From an uncultured Candidatus Saccharibacteria bacterium (lineage in GTDB: Bacteria; Patescibacteriota; Saccharimonadia; Saccharimonadales; JAGQNK01), in contig CAZWRS010000001.1 in the NCBI GenBank assembly GCA_964636435.1, forward strand, positions 11,345-75,344: a stretch of 64,000 nucleotides of DNA. The letters run 5' to 3'. This document shows positions 17,978 through 26,928 of the stretch, piece after piece. The notes beneath the pieces were generated by a model. The model saw only the letters and a program-made list of their open reading frames with translations, made no database searches and was not told the origin of the DNA. Made by a program: the position numbers and the translations under genes. How positions within the stretch are numbered: position 1 is the stretch's first letter; the number at the start of each line of letters is the position of its first letter.

Positions 17978-18985
17978 ATGGCAAAAATCATGCTCGTCGA
18001 AGACGACAACAACCTGCGTGAAATCTACGAAGCTCGTTTGCTCGCCGAAGGGTATGAGATCGTTTCAGCAGAGGATGGTGAACAAGCACTCGCTCTGGCA
18101 GTCAAGGAGAAGCCGGACCTCATCATCAGTGACGTTATGATGCCGAAGATCAGCGGCTTTGACATGCTGGATATCCTGCGCAGCACACCAGAAACCAAGC
18201 ACACCAAGGTCATCATGATGACCGCGTTGTCACAAACGGAAGATAAAGATCGGGCTGACAAACTTGGCGCTGACAGATACCTCGTGAAATCACAAGTCAC
18301 GCTTGAGGACGTGGCTAAAGTTGCCCAGGAAGTTCTGCAGGACGGCGATACCCTGCCAGCAGCAGTTACACAGGCACCCGAGCCAGCAGCAGCGCCAGCA
18401 GCATCAAGCCCTGCCCAGCAAACCCCGGTACAGCCCACACCAGCACCAGCACCAGTCACTGATATGCCGGTAGCAACGCCACCGGCTGATCCCGCGGCGC
18501 CAGCTGCTGCTCAGCCTGCCGTTCAGGCCCCAACACCAGCACCAGCACCAGCACCAGACCCCAGCACCAGCTCTGCGCCAACACCCACGGCCAACGCAGA
18601 TACAACGAACGCTGCCGCCAACGTTGCTGCCGACATGGCAAACGCCGTCAACAATTTGCTGCAAAACAACCCGTCCCAGACAGCTGACCCGGCAACTCCT
18701 GCACAAGCCCCAGACCCCACGCCAGCCGCGAGCAACCACATTGCAGGCAAGAAGGTAATTAGGCCCATCAACGACCTGTCCGCGAACAGCGGCCCGGATC
18801 TGAATGCGCTGCTTGCTAAAGAAATGGGCCAGGACCCAGGCGCTACCCCGGTAGAGCCACAGCCACCGACCACCACCCAACCAACCCCGGAAACACCCGC
18901 CGACGAGCAGCCAGTTGATGTGCCGCTGCCCGGCAATGTCCAGACGCCTGACAACCCGAACGACCCGAACAATATCGCACTGTAG
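17978..18985 (+). CDS. Response regulator receiver fused to a ~210-aa Pro/Ala/Thr-rich tail
   Basis: Receiver motifs VEDD, D in IISDVMMP, MMTAL, LVKSQ. Low-complexity PAPAP/TPAP sequence follows. No DNA-binding domain recognised. Confidence 0.88.
   Translation: MAKIMLVEDDNNLREIYEARLLAEGYEIVSAEDGEQALALAVKEKPDLIISDVMMPKISGFDMLDILRSTPETKHTKVIMMTALSQTEDKDRADKLGADRYLVKSQVTLEDVAKVAQEVLQDGDTLPAAVTQAPEPAAAPAASSPAQQTPVQPTPAPAPVTDMPVATPPADPAAPAAAQPAVQAPTPAPAPAPDPSTSSAPTPTANADTTNAAANVAADMANAVNNLLQNNPSQTADPATPAQAPDPTPAASNHIAGKKVIRPINDLSANSGPDLNALLAKEMGQDPGATPVEPQPPTTTQPTPETPADEQPVDVPLPGNVQTPDNPNDPNNIAL
18534..18557. repeat. Perfect tandem hexamer (CACCAG)x4 inside the RR tail
   Basis: CACCAG occurs four times in tandem. 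A second run of three copies lies at 18438-18455. Both encode (PA)n. Confidence 0.9.
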
Positions 18986-18998
18986 TACAATACCCCTT

Positions 18999-19682
18999 AT
19001 GAGACTCAACAAATTCCTGGCGCTCGCGACCGGTATGTCGCGCCGGGCTGCCGACAAGGCGATTGCAAACGGCGAAGTGCTCATTAATGGCACCGCTGCA
19101 GAGCTTGGCCAAGTTATCAACCCTGAGCAGGGCACGGTAACCTGGCAGGGCAAAGCTGTACGGTTGCCTGAAGGTACGTCGACAATCATGCTCTATAAGC
19201 CGCGCGGCTATGTGTGCTCGCGTGACGGGCAGGGAAGCAAAACGGTATACGACCTGCTACCGGCGCGACTCAATAGCCTCAAGCCAGTCGGGCGCCTGGA
19301 CAAGGACTCGTCCGGCCTACTGCTGCTCACCAACGATGGCGACTTGGCACACAAACTCACCCACCCCAGTTTCCAGAAAGAAAAGACTTATACGGTCGAG
19401 CTCAGCAGCAAACTCTCTGAACAAGATGAGCAAATCATCTCTAGTACAGGCATACAACTCGCGGACGGCCCGAGCCGATTAATGCTCGAGTCATTGAACA
19501 CTGAGCGAACGCGGTGGCGCGTTAAAATGAGTGAAGGCCGTAACAGGCAGATCCGCCGCACATTTCAGGCTGCTGGCTACGAAGTAATAACGCTGCACCG
19601 AACTGACTTTGGCGTCTACTCACTTGGCGACCTCAAGCCAGGTGAGTTCCTGGCTATCCAACCTGATACAATGCAGCCATAA
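18999..19682 (+). CDS. Pseudouridine synthase, RsuA/RluB family (S4 domain + catalytic domain)
   Basis: S4-like MRLNKFLALATGMSRRAADKAIANGEVLING and catalytic motif GRLDKDSSGLLLLTNDG. Start moved to ATG 18999, because the ORF-track start overlaps the upstream gene. Confidence 0.88.
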   Translation: MRLNKFLALATGMSRRAADKAIANGEVLINGTAAELGQVINPEQGTVTWQGKAVRLPEGTSTIMLYKPRGYVCSRDGQGSKTVYDLLPARLNSLKPVGRLDKDSSGLLLLTNDGDLAHKLTHPSFQKEKTYTVELSSKLSEQDEQIISSTGIQLADGPSRLMLESLNTERTRWRVKMSEGRNRQIRRTFQAAGYEVITLHRTDFGVYSLGDLKPGEFLAIQPDTMQP

Positions 19683-19706
19683 TCTCGAAACACAGCAAAA
19701 CAAATC

Positions 19707-21083
19707 ATGCATAAAAGAGCCTTCCAGCGAAAACGAACCGGGGTCATACTGCTGCTCGTGTGGTTTGCGCTAGCTTGGTCGTGGACGCTCTCCACTGACA
19801 GCCTGGAACTATCCGGGTCACGGGCTGAAGGCCTCGTGGTCGCCGCTATTGTATCGATAGTCAATGCCGGCCTGTCGGCCTGGGTAATCTGGAAAGCGCT
19901 AAGTGTAGCTCGTAGTGTTTTTAAGTCACGACCAACCTGGCAGGCGCTCGTAATTGGTATCGGACTTTTTGCGGCGACAGATTTTCTCGTCGCCTGGCTG
20001 ACCGCCATCATCTGGATGGGGCCACAGGGCAGCGTTGATAACGTCCTCCCGCTCAGTTCGCCGACCCTGCTACTCATACACACACCCTTGGGCTTTGCCA
20101 GCAGGCTAGTTGGCTTTTACGGCTTGGCAGCATTCGCCTGGCTGACCGTCTTTCTGCTCGCCCACAAGCGCTACCGTAAACTAACAGTGTACCCAGTAAC
20201 TACACTGTGTCTGTTAGCCCTCATCGGCTGGGCGCTCTACCAACAGCCTACTGGCAGTCACGTACCGGTCAAAGTCGTCAACGAGTCACTGGACAAGCGC
20301 ATACCGCCGGTAGAACCTGGTGACGCCGCCTTCGTACTCTTTCCAGAGTATGGCCTAGATGATATTACCCACGACAATATTCATGAGCGAATCGCGACCA
20401 ATGACAACGATGGATCGCTAAAGTACATCGGCTCGAAGCAACACCCTGCCCCAGAGGGCATCGGCCATTTAAACTCGCTGATCTTTGGTGACTCCCGCAC
20501 GGGCATCATTACGCAGCAGAATAAGCACCGGCTCATTCCGGGTGGGGAAGACCTGCCCTACCTAGTGCGCAGCGGGCTATTTCTTGCCAGGCAAAGCTCA
20601 ACGATTGACTATTTTTCGTTCGCCAAGGCAATTCATAAAAGTCCTGAACCGCTGCATCCAGTCAGCATCGATCATGAAACCATCCTGGGTGCCGCAGTCT
20701 GCTCTAGTATCATTTCACCGGAAGATTACCGCAAGCTTGCCCGTGACGGTGCCACCATACTCACCAACTCAGCATCGCTCGGAGTATTCAAAGGCTCGCC
20801 GGTATTCAGCCTACAGCAGCAGTCGCTGGCCAAGTTTATGGCCACCGCAAATGCTAGATTCTTCCTCCAGGCAGCTAACGAAGCCCCGTCATATGCACTG
20901 AACACAAACGGAAGTGTCATCGCCAGCACCCAGGAGCATGGTGTACTTACCGTAACCGCCCAGAACAACAGGCAAAAAACACCCTATACGCTTCTGGGTG
21001 AATGGCTCGCCATAGCTGGCGGCGTCAGTTTCTTCGGGCTTACATTTGCGCCCCGTGTGGGCAAACTGTTGAAAAAGAAATAA
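19707..21083 (+). CDS. Apolipoprotein N-acyltransferase-like (multi-TM + CN-hydrolase domain)
   Basis: About 6 N-terminal TM helices. CN-hydrolase-type residues FPEYG (Glu), KHRLIPGGE (Lys) and AAVCSSI (Cys). Terminal TM. Confidence 0.6.
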   Translation: MHKRAFQRKRTGVILLLVWFALAWSWTLSTDSLELSGSRAEGLVVAAIVSIVNAGLSAWVIWKALSVARSVFKSRPTWQALVIGIGLFAATDFLVAWLTAIIWMGPQGSVDNVLPLSSPTLLLIHTPLGFASRLVGFYGLAAFAWLTVFLLAHKRYRKLTVYPVTTLCLLALIGWALYQQPTGSHVPVKVVNESLDKRIPPVEPGDAAFVLFPEYGLDDITHDNIHERIATNDNDGSLKYIGSKQHPAPEGIGHLNSLIFGDSRTGIITQQNKHRLIPGGEDLPYLVRSGLFLARQSSTIDYFSFAKAIHKSPEPLHPVSIDHETILGAAVCSSIISPEDYRKLARDGATILTNSASLGVFKGSPVFSLQQQSLAKFMATANARFFLQAANEAPSYALNTNGSVIASTQEHGVLTVTAQNNRQKTPYTLLGEWLAIAGGVSFFGLTFAPRVGKLLKKK

Positions 21084-21091
21084 CGTTGCCA

Positions 21092-21120
21092 TTGACACTA
21101 CAAAACAAGTGTATTATGTT
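21092..21120 (+). promoter_or_regulatory. Candidate promoter
   Basis: TTGACA (21092-21097), 17 nt spacer, TATGTT (21115-21120). Confidence 0.35.
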
Positions 21121-21292
21121 TATGCTTAGACATATAAAATAAACAGGTTAACAATATAGCCAAAACAACGACCAAAAAAATACCAGGTCTTCTAAGTCAT
21201 CAAAGACTTCAAAATCCTCAAAGCAAACTAAGAAGAGTTCTATTTTTAGCAAAATAAACTGGGGATCTAAGAAGGTCCAGCTACTACTGGTA

Positions 21293-21769
21293 GTGCTCAT
21301 ATTCGGCGTCATCGGCGGCGGGTACTATGTTTATAAATCCTCGGCAGCCACTGCTATAGAAAGTAGAATGGCCTCGACACTAGGTGGAGGTAGTAACGTA
21401 ACGGACGTATACTCCGACAATAAGCGTGGACAAGTTGTCAAGCGACTACGCCCTGGCCAAAGCATTCAATGGGATATTCCGGGGAATCGCATGAGCAATC
21501 GAAGCAGGTACATGCTTTGCGCTATCGCCCGGGGCGAAGGTGGCTACCCAGGGCTACGCATGCAAGCCCAACAGCTTATGGGAGCAAGACTGACTGTTGG
21601 TGGTGGCCTCAATGCTTCATGGACAAGACACACCCAGAGCGCAAAGAACTTTAAGCAAGTCTGTACAACGTACTTCACTGGATTTGGTCGCGATAAATTA
21701 CGCTTCAAAATAACAAATACGGGCAACCACAGCGCTCTTATCGGACTCATGTCTCTTCACAGACAGTAG
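21293..21769 (+). CDS. Hypothetical secreted/anchored protein, start codon unresolved
   Basis: The ORF-track start is GTG 21293, in the middle of a TM helix. The frame is open from 21152 and encodes a Lys/Ser-rich tail plus the rest of the TM, but has no ATG/GTG/TTG; ATT 21242, ATA 21254 and CTG 21287 are possible starts. Confidence 0.6.
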   Translation: MLIFGVIGGGYYVYKSSAATAIESRMASTLGGGSNVTDVYSDNKRGQVVKRLRPGQSIQWDIPGNRMSNRSRYMLCAIARGEGGYPGLRMQAQQLMGARLTVGGGLNASWTRHTQSAKNFKQVCTTYFTGFGRDKLRFKITNTGNHSALIGLMSLHRQ

Positions 21770-21791
21770 CGAACTATCAATAATACAAAAA

Positions 21792-21823
21792 ACAGAGAAT
21801 GTAACCACATTCTCTGTTTTTTT
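21792..21823 (+). terminator. Rho-independent terminator
   Basis: ACAGAGAATGT-AACC-ACATTCTCTGT followed by TTTTTTT. Confidence 0.85.
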
Positions 21824-21888
21824 GCGTCTCGGACCCAGCCATAGTCAATTTGCTTATATTTGATCATAACCTCTGTTAGAATAATAGA

Positions 21889-23271
21889 GTGAAAAAACTA
21901 CCGATCGTTGCAATTGTAGGGCGGGCCAACGTTGGGAAATCCAGCTTGTTTAATGCCATCCTGGAGCGCCGCGAAGCTATCGTCGCTCGCGAGGCCGGTA
22001 CGACCCGTGACAGTATCATGGCTAAAGCTTCCTACAATGGTCAGGACTTCTGGCTTGTCGATACCGCGGGTATGAAAGATGCCGAAGATGAGTTCGAGTT
22101 CACCATCCAGGAGCAAATTACTCAGGCCGCTGACAGTGCTGATGTCATCCTCGTCGTCATCGAAGCAAGCACTATCATTACTGAAGAAGACCGCCGTGTC
22201 GCCAAGCTGGCGCTCAAAAGCCGCAAACCAGTCATGCTGATCGTCAACAAAATTGACAAGAAGCCCAAAGCTGACCCAGCAGATTTTCAGAAGCTCGGCA
22301 TCAAGCCCATCATGCTGACCAGCACAACGCAGCACAGAGGCATTGACGCGCTACTTGATACCCTTGTCGCTAATATCCCCAAAGCTACCCTCAAAGAAGC
22401 CGAGGACCGCATCCACGTGGCACTGCTGGGACGGCCGAACGTCGGCAAATCGGCGCTATTTAATACGCTAGCCAAAAAACAGCAGGCAATTGTCGCTGAC
22501 CGCGCTGGCACAACCCGGGATATCAATCGTGCGGTCGTCCGCTACAACAACCGCGAGATTGAGCTCATGGACACGGCCGGCATTCGCCGTTCAGGCAAAA
22601 TCGGACAGGGGATTGAGCGTTTTAGCGTCATCCGCTCACTTGCAGCCATCGAACAGGCCGATGTCTGCTTGCTGCTCATGGATGCTAACGAATTAAATGT
22701 TCAACTGGATCAAAAAATAGCTGGCATGATCAAAGAAGCTGGCAAGGGACTGATACTCGTCGTCAGCAAATGGGACTCAGCCGACAAAGACGCCTACACC
22801 CGTGACCATATGGCACCGCAGATCGCCGCCAACTATGATTTCGTTCCCTGGGCGCCGCTCATCTTTACCAGTGCTGTCACCGGACAGAACGTCACCAAGA
22901 TCTTCGACCTCGTACTCGATATCGACCAAAAGCGCCATACCCGTATCCGCACTACCACGCTCAACAAGTGGCTGCGCCAGATCACTGAAGAGCACCCGCC
23001 AGCTGGGCTCAAAAACCGCACGCCGAAGCTCAACTACATTGTCCAGGAGGATGAAGAACCGACCAACTTCAAGGTTTACGGTGCCCACACCAAGCTTCTG
23101 CACTGGAGTTACAAGCGATTCATGGACAGACGGCTGCGCGAAGAGTTCGGCTTTGAAGGCACGCCCGTGCGGTTCTGGTTCTTTGAAAAGCATGAAACCC
23201 ACAAGCACGGCCAAAGCCCCACCAAAGAGAAGAACAAGGAAATCCGTCGCCGCGAACGCACCCAATCCTAG
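21889..23271 (+). CDS. der: GTPase Der (EngA), double GTP-binding domain
   Basis: Two P-loops (GRANVGKSS and GRPNVGKSA), DTAG twice, NKID/SKWD, KH-like C-terminus; GTG start. Confidence 0.95.
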   Translation: MKKLPIVAIVGRANVGKSSLFNAILERREAIVAREAGTTRDSIMAKASYNGQDFWLVDTAGMKDAEDEFEFTIQEQITQAADSADVILVVIEASTIITEEDRRVAKLALKSRKPVMLIVNKIDKKPKADPADFQKLGIKPIMLTSTTQHRGIDALLDTLVANIPKATLKEAEDRIHVALLGRPNVGKSALFNTLAKKQQAIVADRAGTTRDINRAVVRYNNREIELMDTAGIRRSGKIGQGIERFSVIRSLAAIEQADVCLLLMDANELNVQLDQKIAGMIKEAGKGLILVVSKWDSADKDAYTRDHMAPQIAANYDFVPWAPLIFTSAVTGQNVTKIFDLVLDIDQKRHTRIRTTTLNKWLRQITEEHPPAGLKNRTPKLNYIVQEDEEPTNFKVYGAHTKLLHWSYKRFMDRRLREEFGFEGTPVRFWFFEKHETHKHGQSPTKEKNKEIRRRERTQS

Positions 23272-23366
23272 CGAGCCTGTCAAAAATTTTATATGCTATT
23301 CATATGGCTCTGTTTCAGAAAAATCCCCATAGCGACCGACAGCATCAACCGCTATTTTCCGCCGGC

Positions 23367-23945
23367 ATGAACAAGACTGCGCTGATCATCGGCCTCGGTA
23401 ACATCGGCAAGGAATATGACCAGACTCGGCATAATATTGGCTTCGCTTGCCTGGATGCATTTGCCGAAGCGCATGAGTTCGATGACTGGATCGAAAAGAA
23501 AGACCTAAAGTGCCACATGACTATGAAGACGCTCGGAGATACCCGCGTGATACTCTGCAAGCCCACGACTTTCATGAACTTAAGCGGTGAAGCGGCACAA
23601 AAAGTCGCGCATTTTTATAAGATTCACCGTGATCACATCGTTGCCGTGCACGACGAGCTGGCTATCAAGTTTGGTCAGATTCGCACACGCACTGGCGGCT
23701 CTGATGCAGGGAATAATGGGGTCAAGTCACTGATGACGCACATTGGCGCGGATTTTGGACGAATTCGTGTCGGCATCGATGGCGATAAGCCAGCAAGTAT
23801 GGATAGCGCTGACTATGTCCTGGCTAAATTCACCAAGGACGAGCAGGCGCATCTCCCAGCGCTCACCCGCGAAGTAACCAGCATTCTTACCGAGTATGTC
23901 TTCTCCGGCCAGCTCGCCAATGACACCCGTAACTTCCTGATATAA
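23367..23945 (+). CDS. pth: Peptidyl-tRNA hydrolase
   Basis: LIIGLGNIGKEYDQTRHNIGF and HDELAI...GGSDAGNNGVKS. ATG 23367 is preferred over the upstream in-frame ATG at 23304. Confidence 0.9.
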   Translation: MNKTALIIGLGNIGKEYDQTRHNIGFACLDAFAEAHEFDDWIEKKDLKCHMTMKTLGDTRVILCKPTTFMNLSGEAAQKVAHFYKIHRDHIVAVHDELAIKFGQIRTRTGGSDAGNNGVKSLMTHIGADFGRIRVGIDGDKPASMDSADYVLAKFTKDEQAHLPALTREVTSILTEYVFSGQLANDTRNFLI

Positions 23946-23959
23946 ATAAAAACAGGCCT

Positions 23960-24340
23960 CCGAGAGGGGGTGGGCACCGCTCGAAGACCTGATTTCAGGG
24001 AATAATCCGAAAATTATTCCCAATACCCTTCAACCCACCCCAGCGAAGCACCGCGCACCAAAACTCCAAAAAGTGGCGTGCCTCCACCCATACGGGCGGA
24101 ATCTTTTAGGACTCGCTTTGAATCGGGGACCAATACAGCCAGGGCCGTATTGGGCTAGTTAAAGGGGTTAGTTTGTTTTAGAACGTTGCCCCCTTATAAG
24201 GTGGGGCACCGCTAGCATAAGTGGAGGGTAACAACTTATATAGCCGTTCTAAAACAATCTAACGTATATCCCGAATAACGGGATGTTAGAATAGGGGTAT
24301 AAGGTACGTAAACCTCTTATGCGAGGGTTACAGATTGCTA
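23960..24340. ncRNA. Structured noncoding region, family and strand unresolved
   Basis: No ORF. Perfect helices: 23967-23974/24034-24041, 23983-23986/24028-24031, hairpin 23998-24021, 24130-24136/24147-24153, 13-bp helix 24173-24185/24245-24257, 24217-24222/24234-24239, 24258-24263/24285-24290, hairpin 24268-24284. Confidence 0.5.
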
Positions 24341-24483
24341 TTTTAGCAAATTTATTATCTTTGTCAACACCTATTTTACTTTTTTCCAACTTTATTCATA
24401 AGCATAACTGTTGAGCATCACTTTTAAGATGCACACAGCCTGCAGAGACGACGGCCAGCCATTTGTGCCGCTCAAGTACGTGT

Positions 24484-24511
24484 TGAAACTCCTATCTCTG
24501 CTTGCATAATC
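24484..24511 (+). promoter_or_regulatory. Candidate promoter upstream of topA
   Basis: TTGAAA (24484-24489), 16 nt spacer, CATAAT (24506-24511). A second -10-like TACAAT (24561-24566) sits 7 nt before the ATG. Confidence 0.4.
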
Positions 24512-24573
24512 TATTTTCTTAAAGTACTGTTATTGGCTGTGGCGCGTTTTACCGCTACACTACAATAATACTT

Positions 24574-26886
24574 ATGCCTAAAAATTTAGTAATCGTTGAG
24601 AGCCCGGCCAAAGCCAAGACTATCGAGAAATACCTCGGCAGCGACTTCAAGGTGCTTTCCTCCGTCGGCCACATCCGCTCGATTGCCAAGAAAGCCAAAG
24701 ACGGTGGTGATGCCATAGATATTAAAAACGGCTTTGCGACCACCTACGAGGTTGATCCGGAGAAGAAAAAGGTCATCACTGAGCTCAGGAAGGCTGTAAA
24801 AGCAGCCGATGACGTCTGGCTGGCGACTGATGAAGACCGCGAAGGAGAGGCTATTGCCTGGCATTTGTGCGAGGTACTGAAGCTGGACCCAAGCAAGACT
24901 AAGCGCATCGTCTTTCACGAAATTACTAAAGGTGCTATTGAAGAAGCTATCAAGAACCCGCGTACCGTGGACATGGACCTCGTGCGCGCTCAGCAAGCTC
25001 GGCAGATCCTCGACCGAATCGTTGGCTTTGACCTGTCTGACGTCGTCCGTAAAAAGGTGCCTGGCGGCATCAGTGCCGGCCGTGTGCAATCACCGGGCGT
25101 GAAACTGCTCGTCGAGCGCGAGCGTGAGATAGACGCGTTCGAGAGTTCGTTCAAATTCCGCATCACCGCGGAGTTCGAGGCACATGGCGATACGTTCAGG
25201 GCTGAGCTGCCGAGGCGCTTCGACACCGAAGAAGAAGCCCGAGCGTTCCTGGAGAGCCTGCGAGACGCCACCTTCACCGTCAGTGATGTCAAAAAGAGCC
25301 CCGCCACCCGTAATCCAAGCGCACCATTTACCACCAGCACCCTGCAACAGGATGCTAACAGCAAACTCGGCTTTAGCACCAAAGCGACCATGGCTGCCGC
25401 CCAGAAGCTCTACCAGGAAGGTAAAATCACCTACATGCGAACCGACTCGGTCAACCTGAGCGGCCAAGCATTAGCTCAAATGACGGACTACATTAAGTCG
25501 ACGTTCGGCAGCGAGTATCACCAGGTGCGAACGTTCAAGACTAAGAGCTCCAGCGCCCAAGAAGCCCACGAAGCCATCCGTCCGACCGACGTCCGCGCTG
25601 AAAAGGTCAGTAGTGACGAATACAACCAGAAGCTCTACGACCTCATCCGCCGCCGGACGCTCGCCAGCCAGATGGCGCCGGCCAAGCTGGAGAAAACAAC
25701 TGCTACCATTACCATCTCGACCAGCCAGGAGGTTTTCGAGGCCAAGGGTGAAGTTATTGTCTTTGATGGATTCCTTAAAGTCTATGGCGGCAGCAAAAAA
25801 GAGGCCGATACGCTGCCCGCTCTCAGCACCAGCGATCCATTAGACCTGCAAACTGCCCAGGCCAGGCAGATGTTCGCCAAGCCGCCGGCTCGCTACACCG
25901 AAGGAAGTCTGGTCAAGAAGCTCGAAGAGCTTGGCATTGGCCGGCCAAGCACCTACGCCACGATTATCAACACGATCCAGGCACGCGGCTACGCCGTCAA
26001 GGGCGAATCTGAAGGAAAGCCACGTGATATCATCACGCTGAACCTTGAGGGCAACCAGGTCAACAGAGATATCATCCAGGAAAAAACCGGCTCCGACAAA
26101 GGCAAGCTCGTGCCGACAGCCCGTGGCATGGTAATGAGTGATTTCCTCGACAACCATTTTAACCCAATCGTTGATTATGGTTTTACCGCCAATGTCGAGG
26201 AAGACTTTGACGAAATAGCCGAGGGCAAACTCGACCGCAATAAAATGCTGCAGGAATTCTATACGCCGTTCCAGGAGCTCATCGAAAAGTCTGGCGGCAT
26301 TGACCGCAGCGAAGTAGCCCAGGCCAGGGAGGTCGGCACTGACCCGAAGACGGGCAAAGCCGTTTATGCTCGCTTCGGCCGCTTTGGCCCAATACTACAA
26401 CTAGGCGCTACCGAAGATAAAGATGATAAACCGCAGTTTGCCCCTTTGCCGCGCGGCACCAAAATCGAGACCGTCACGCTGGAGCAGGCACTCAAAGCAT
26501 TCGAACTGCCGCGCGTTGTCGGCCAGACCGACGACGGTCAAGAAATAAAGGCCAACATCGGCCGCTTCGGACCCTACATTCAGGTCGGAAAGCTGTTTGT
26601 GTCAATCAAGCCACTCGATCCGCACACCATTACCCTTGATGAAGCCAAGGAGCTTTACGCAGCCAAGCTAAAGAGTGAGGCCGAGAAAAACATCGCTGAC
26701 TTTGGCGATGGCATTAAGGTCCTAAGGGGTCGCTACGGGCCGTACATTACCGACGGCAAGAAAAACGCCAAGATTCCGAAAGACACCGATCCCGAATCAA
26801 TCACACATGAGCAGGCAAAGAAACTTATTGCTGAAGCGCCAGCTGCTAAAAAACGCTTCGCCCGCCGCAAGGTTGCCAAGAAATAG
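24574..26886 (+). CDS. topA: DNA topoisomerase I (type IA)
   Basis: Toprim LVIVESPAKAKTIEKYLG and DEDREGE, active-site ITYMRTDS. The C-terminal repeats carry GRFGPY-type motifs (RFGRFGPILQ, IGRFGPYIQ, RGRYGPYIT) rather than Cys4 zinc ribbons. Lys-rich tail. Confidence 0.95.
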   Translation: MPKNLVIVESPAKAKTIEKYLGSDFKVLSSVGHIRSIAKKAKDGGDAIDIKNGFATTYEVDPEKKKVITELRKAVKAADDVWLATDEDREGEAIAWHLCEVLKLDPSKTKRIVFHEITKGAIEEAIKNPRTVDMDLVRAQQARQILDRIVGFDLSDVVRKKVPGGISAGRVQSPGVKLLVEREREIDAFESSFKFRITAEFEAHGDTFRAELPRRFDTEEEARAFLESLRDATFTVSDVKKSPATRNPSAPFTTSTLQQDANSKLGFSTKATMAAAQKLYQEGKITYMRTDSVNLSGQALAQMTDYIKSTFGSEYHQVRTFKTKSSSAQEAHEAIRPTDVRAEKVSSDEYNQKLYDLIRRRTLASQMAPAKLEKTTATITISTSQEVFEAKGEVIVFDGFLKVYGGSKKEADTLPALSTSDPLDLQTAQARQMFAKPPARYTEGSLVKKLEELGIGRPSTYATIINTIQARGYAVKGESEGKPRDIITLNLEGNQVNRDIIQEKTGSDKGKLVPTARGMVMSDFLDNHFNPIVDYGFTANVEEDFDEIAEGKLDRNKMLQEFYTPFQELIEKSGGIDRSEVAQAREVGTDPKTGKAVYARFGRFGPILQLGATEDKDDKPQFAPLPRGTKIETVTLEQALKAFELPRVVGQTDDGQEIKANIGRFGPYIQVGKLFVSIKPLDPHTITLDEAKELYAAKLKSEAEKNIADFGDGIKVLRGRYGPYITDGKKNAKIPKDTDPESITHEQAKKLIAEAPAAKKRFARRKVAKK

Positions 26887-26893
26887 CGCTGTA

Positions 26894-26922
26894 TTGTTTA
26901 TTTCTTCATTATATGGTATAAT
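26894..26922 (+). promoter_or_regulatory. Extended -10 promoter driving a probable leaderless mRNA
   Basis: TTGTTT (26894-26899), 17 nt spacer, TGG-TATAAT (26914-26922); the ATG at 26929 starts 7 nt after the -10 hexamer. Confidence 0.5.
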
Positions 26923-26928
26923 TTAGTT

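Noticed and set aside
18025-19189. Several long antisense or alternate-frame ORFs (e.g. 18404-19189 minus, 261 aa; 18523-18990; 18025-18459) across the response-regulator tail
   Set aside because: They are products of GC-rich, repeat-rich Pro/Ala coding sequence, which is open in many frames. Their translations are low-complexity Cys/Trp/Arg-rich, and the + strand frame has clear receiver motifs.
23950-24340. Assigning the structured region to RNase P RNA, tmRNA, SRP RNA or a cobalamin riboswitch (GAAGACCTG resembles a B12 box)
   Set aside because: Partial matches exist on both strands but in an inconsistent order. There is no GAGGAAAGUCC or ACAGAAxCCGGCUUA pair, no tRNA-like 3' end or tag ORF (only a 6-codon GGAPLA stretch), no GGAA-capped SRP helix, and no B12-related genes. 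It is left as an unclassified structured RNA.
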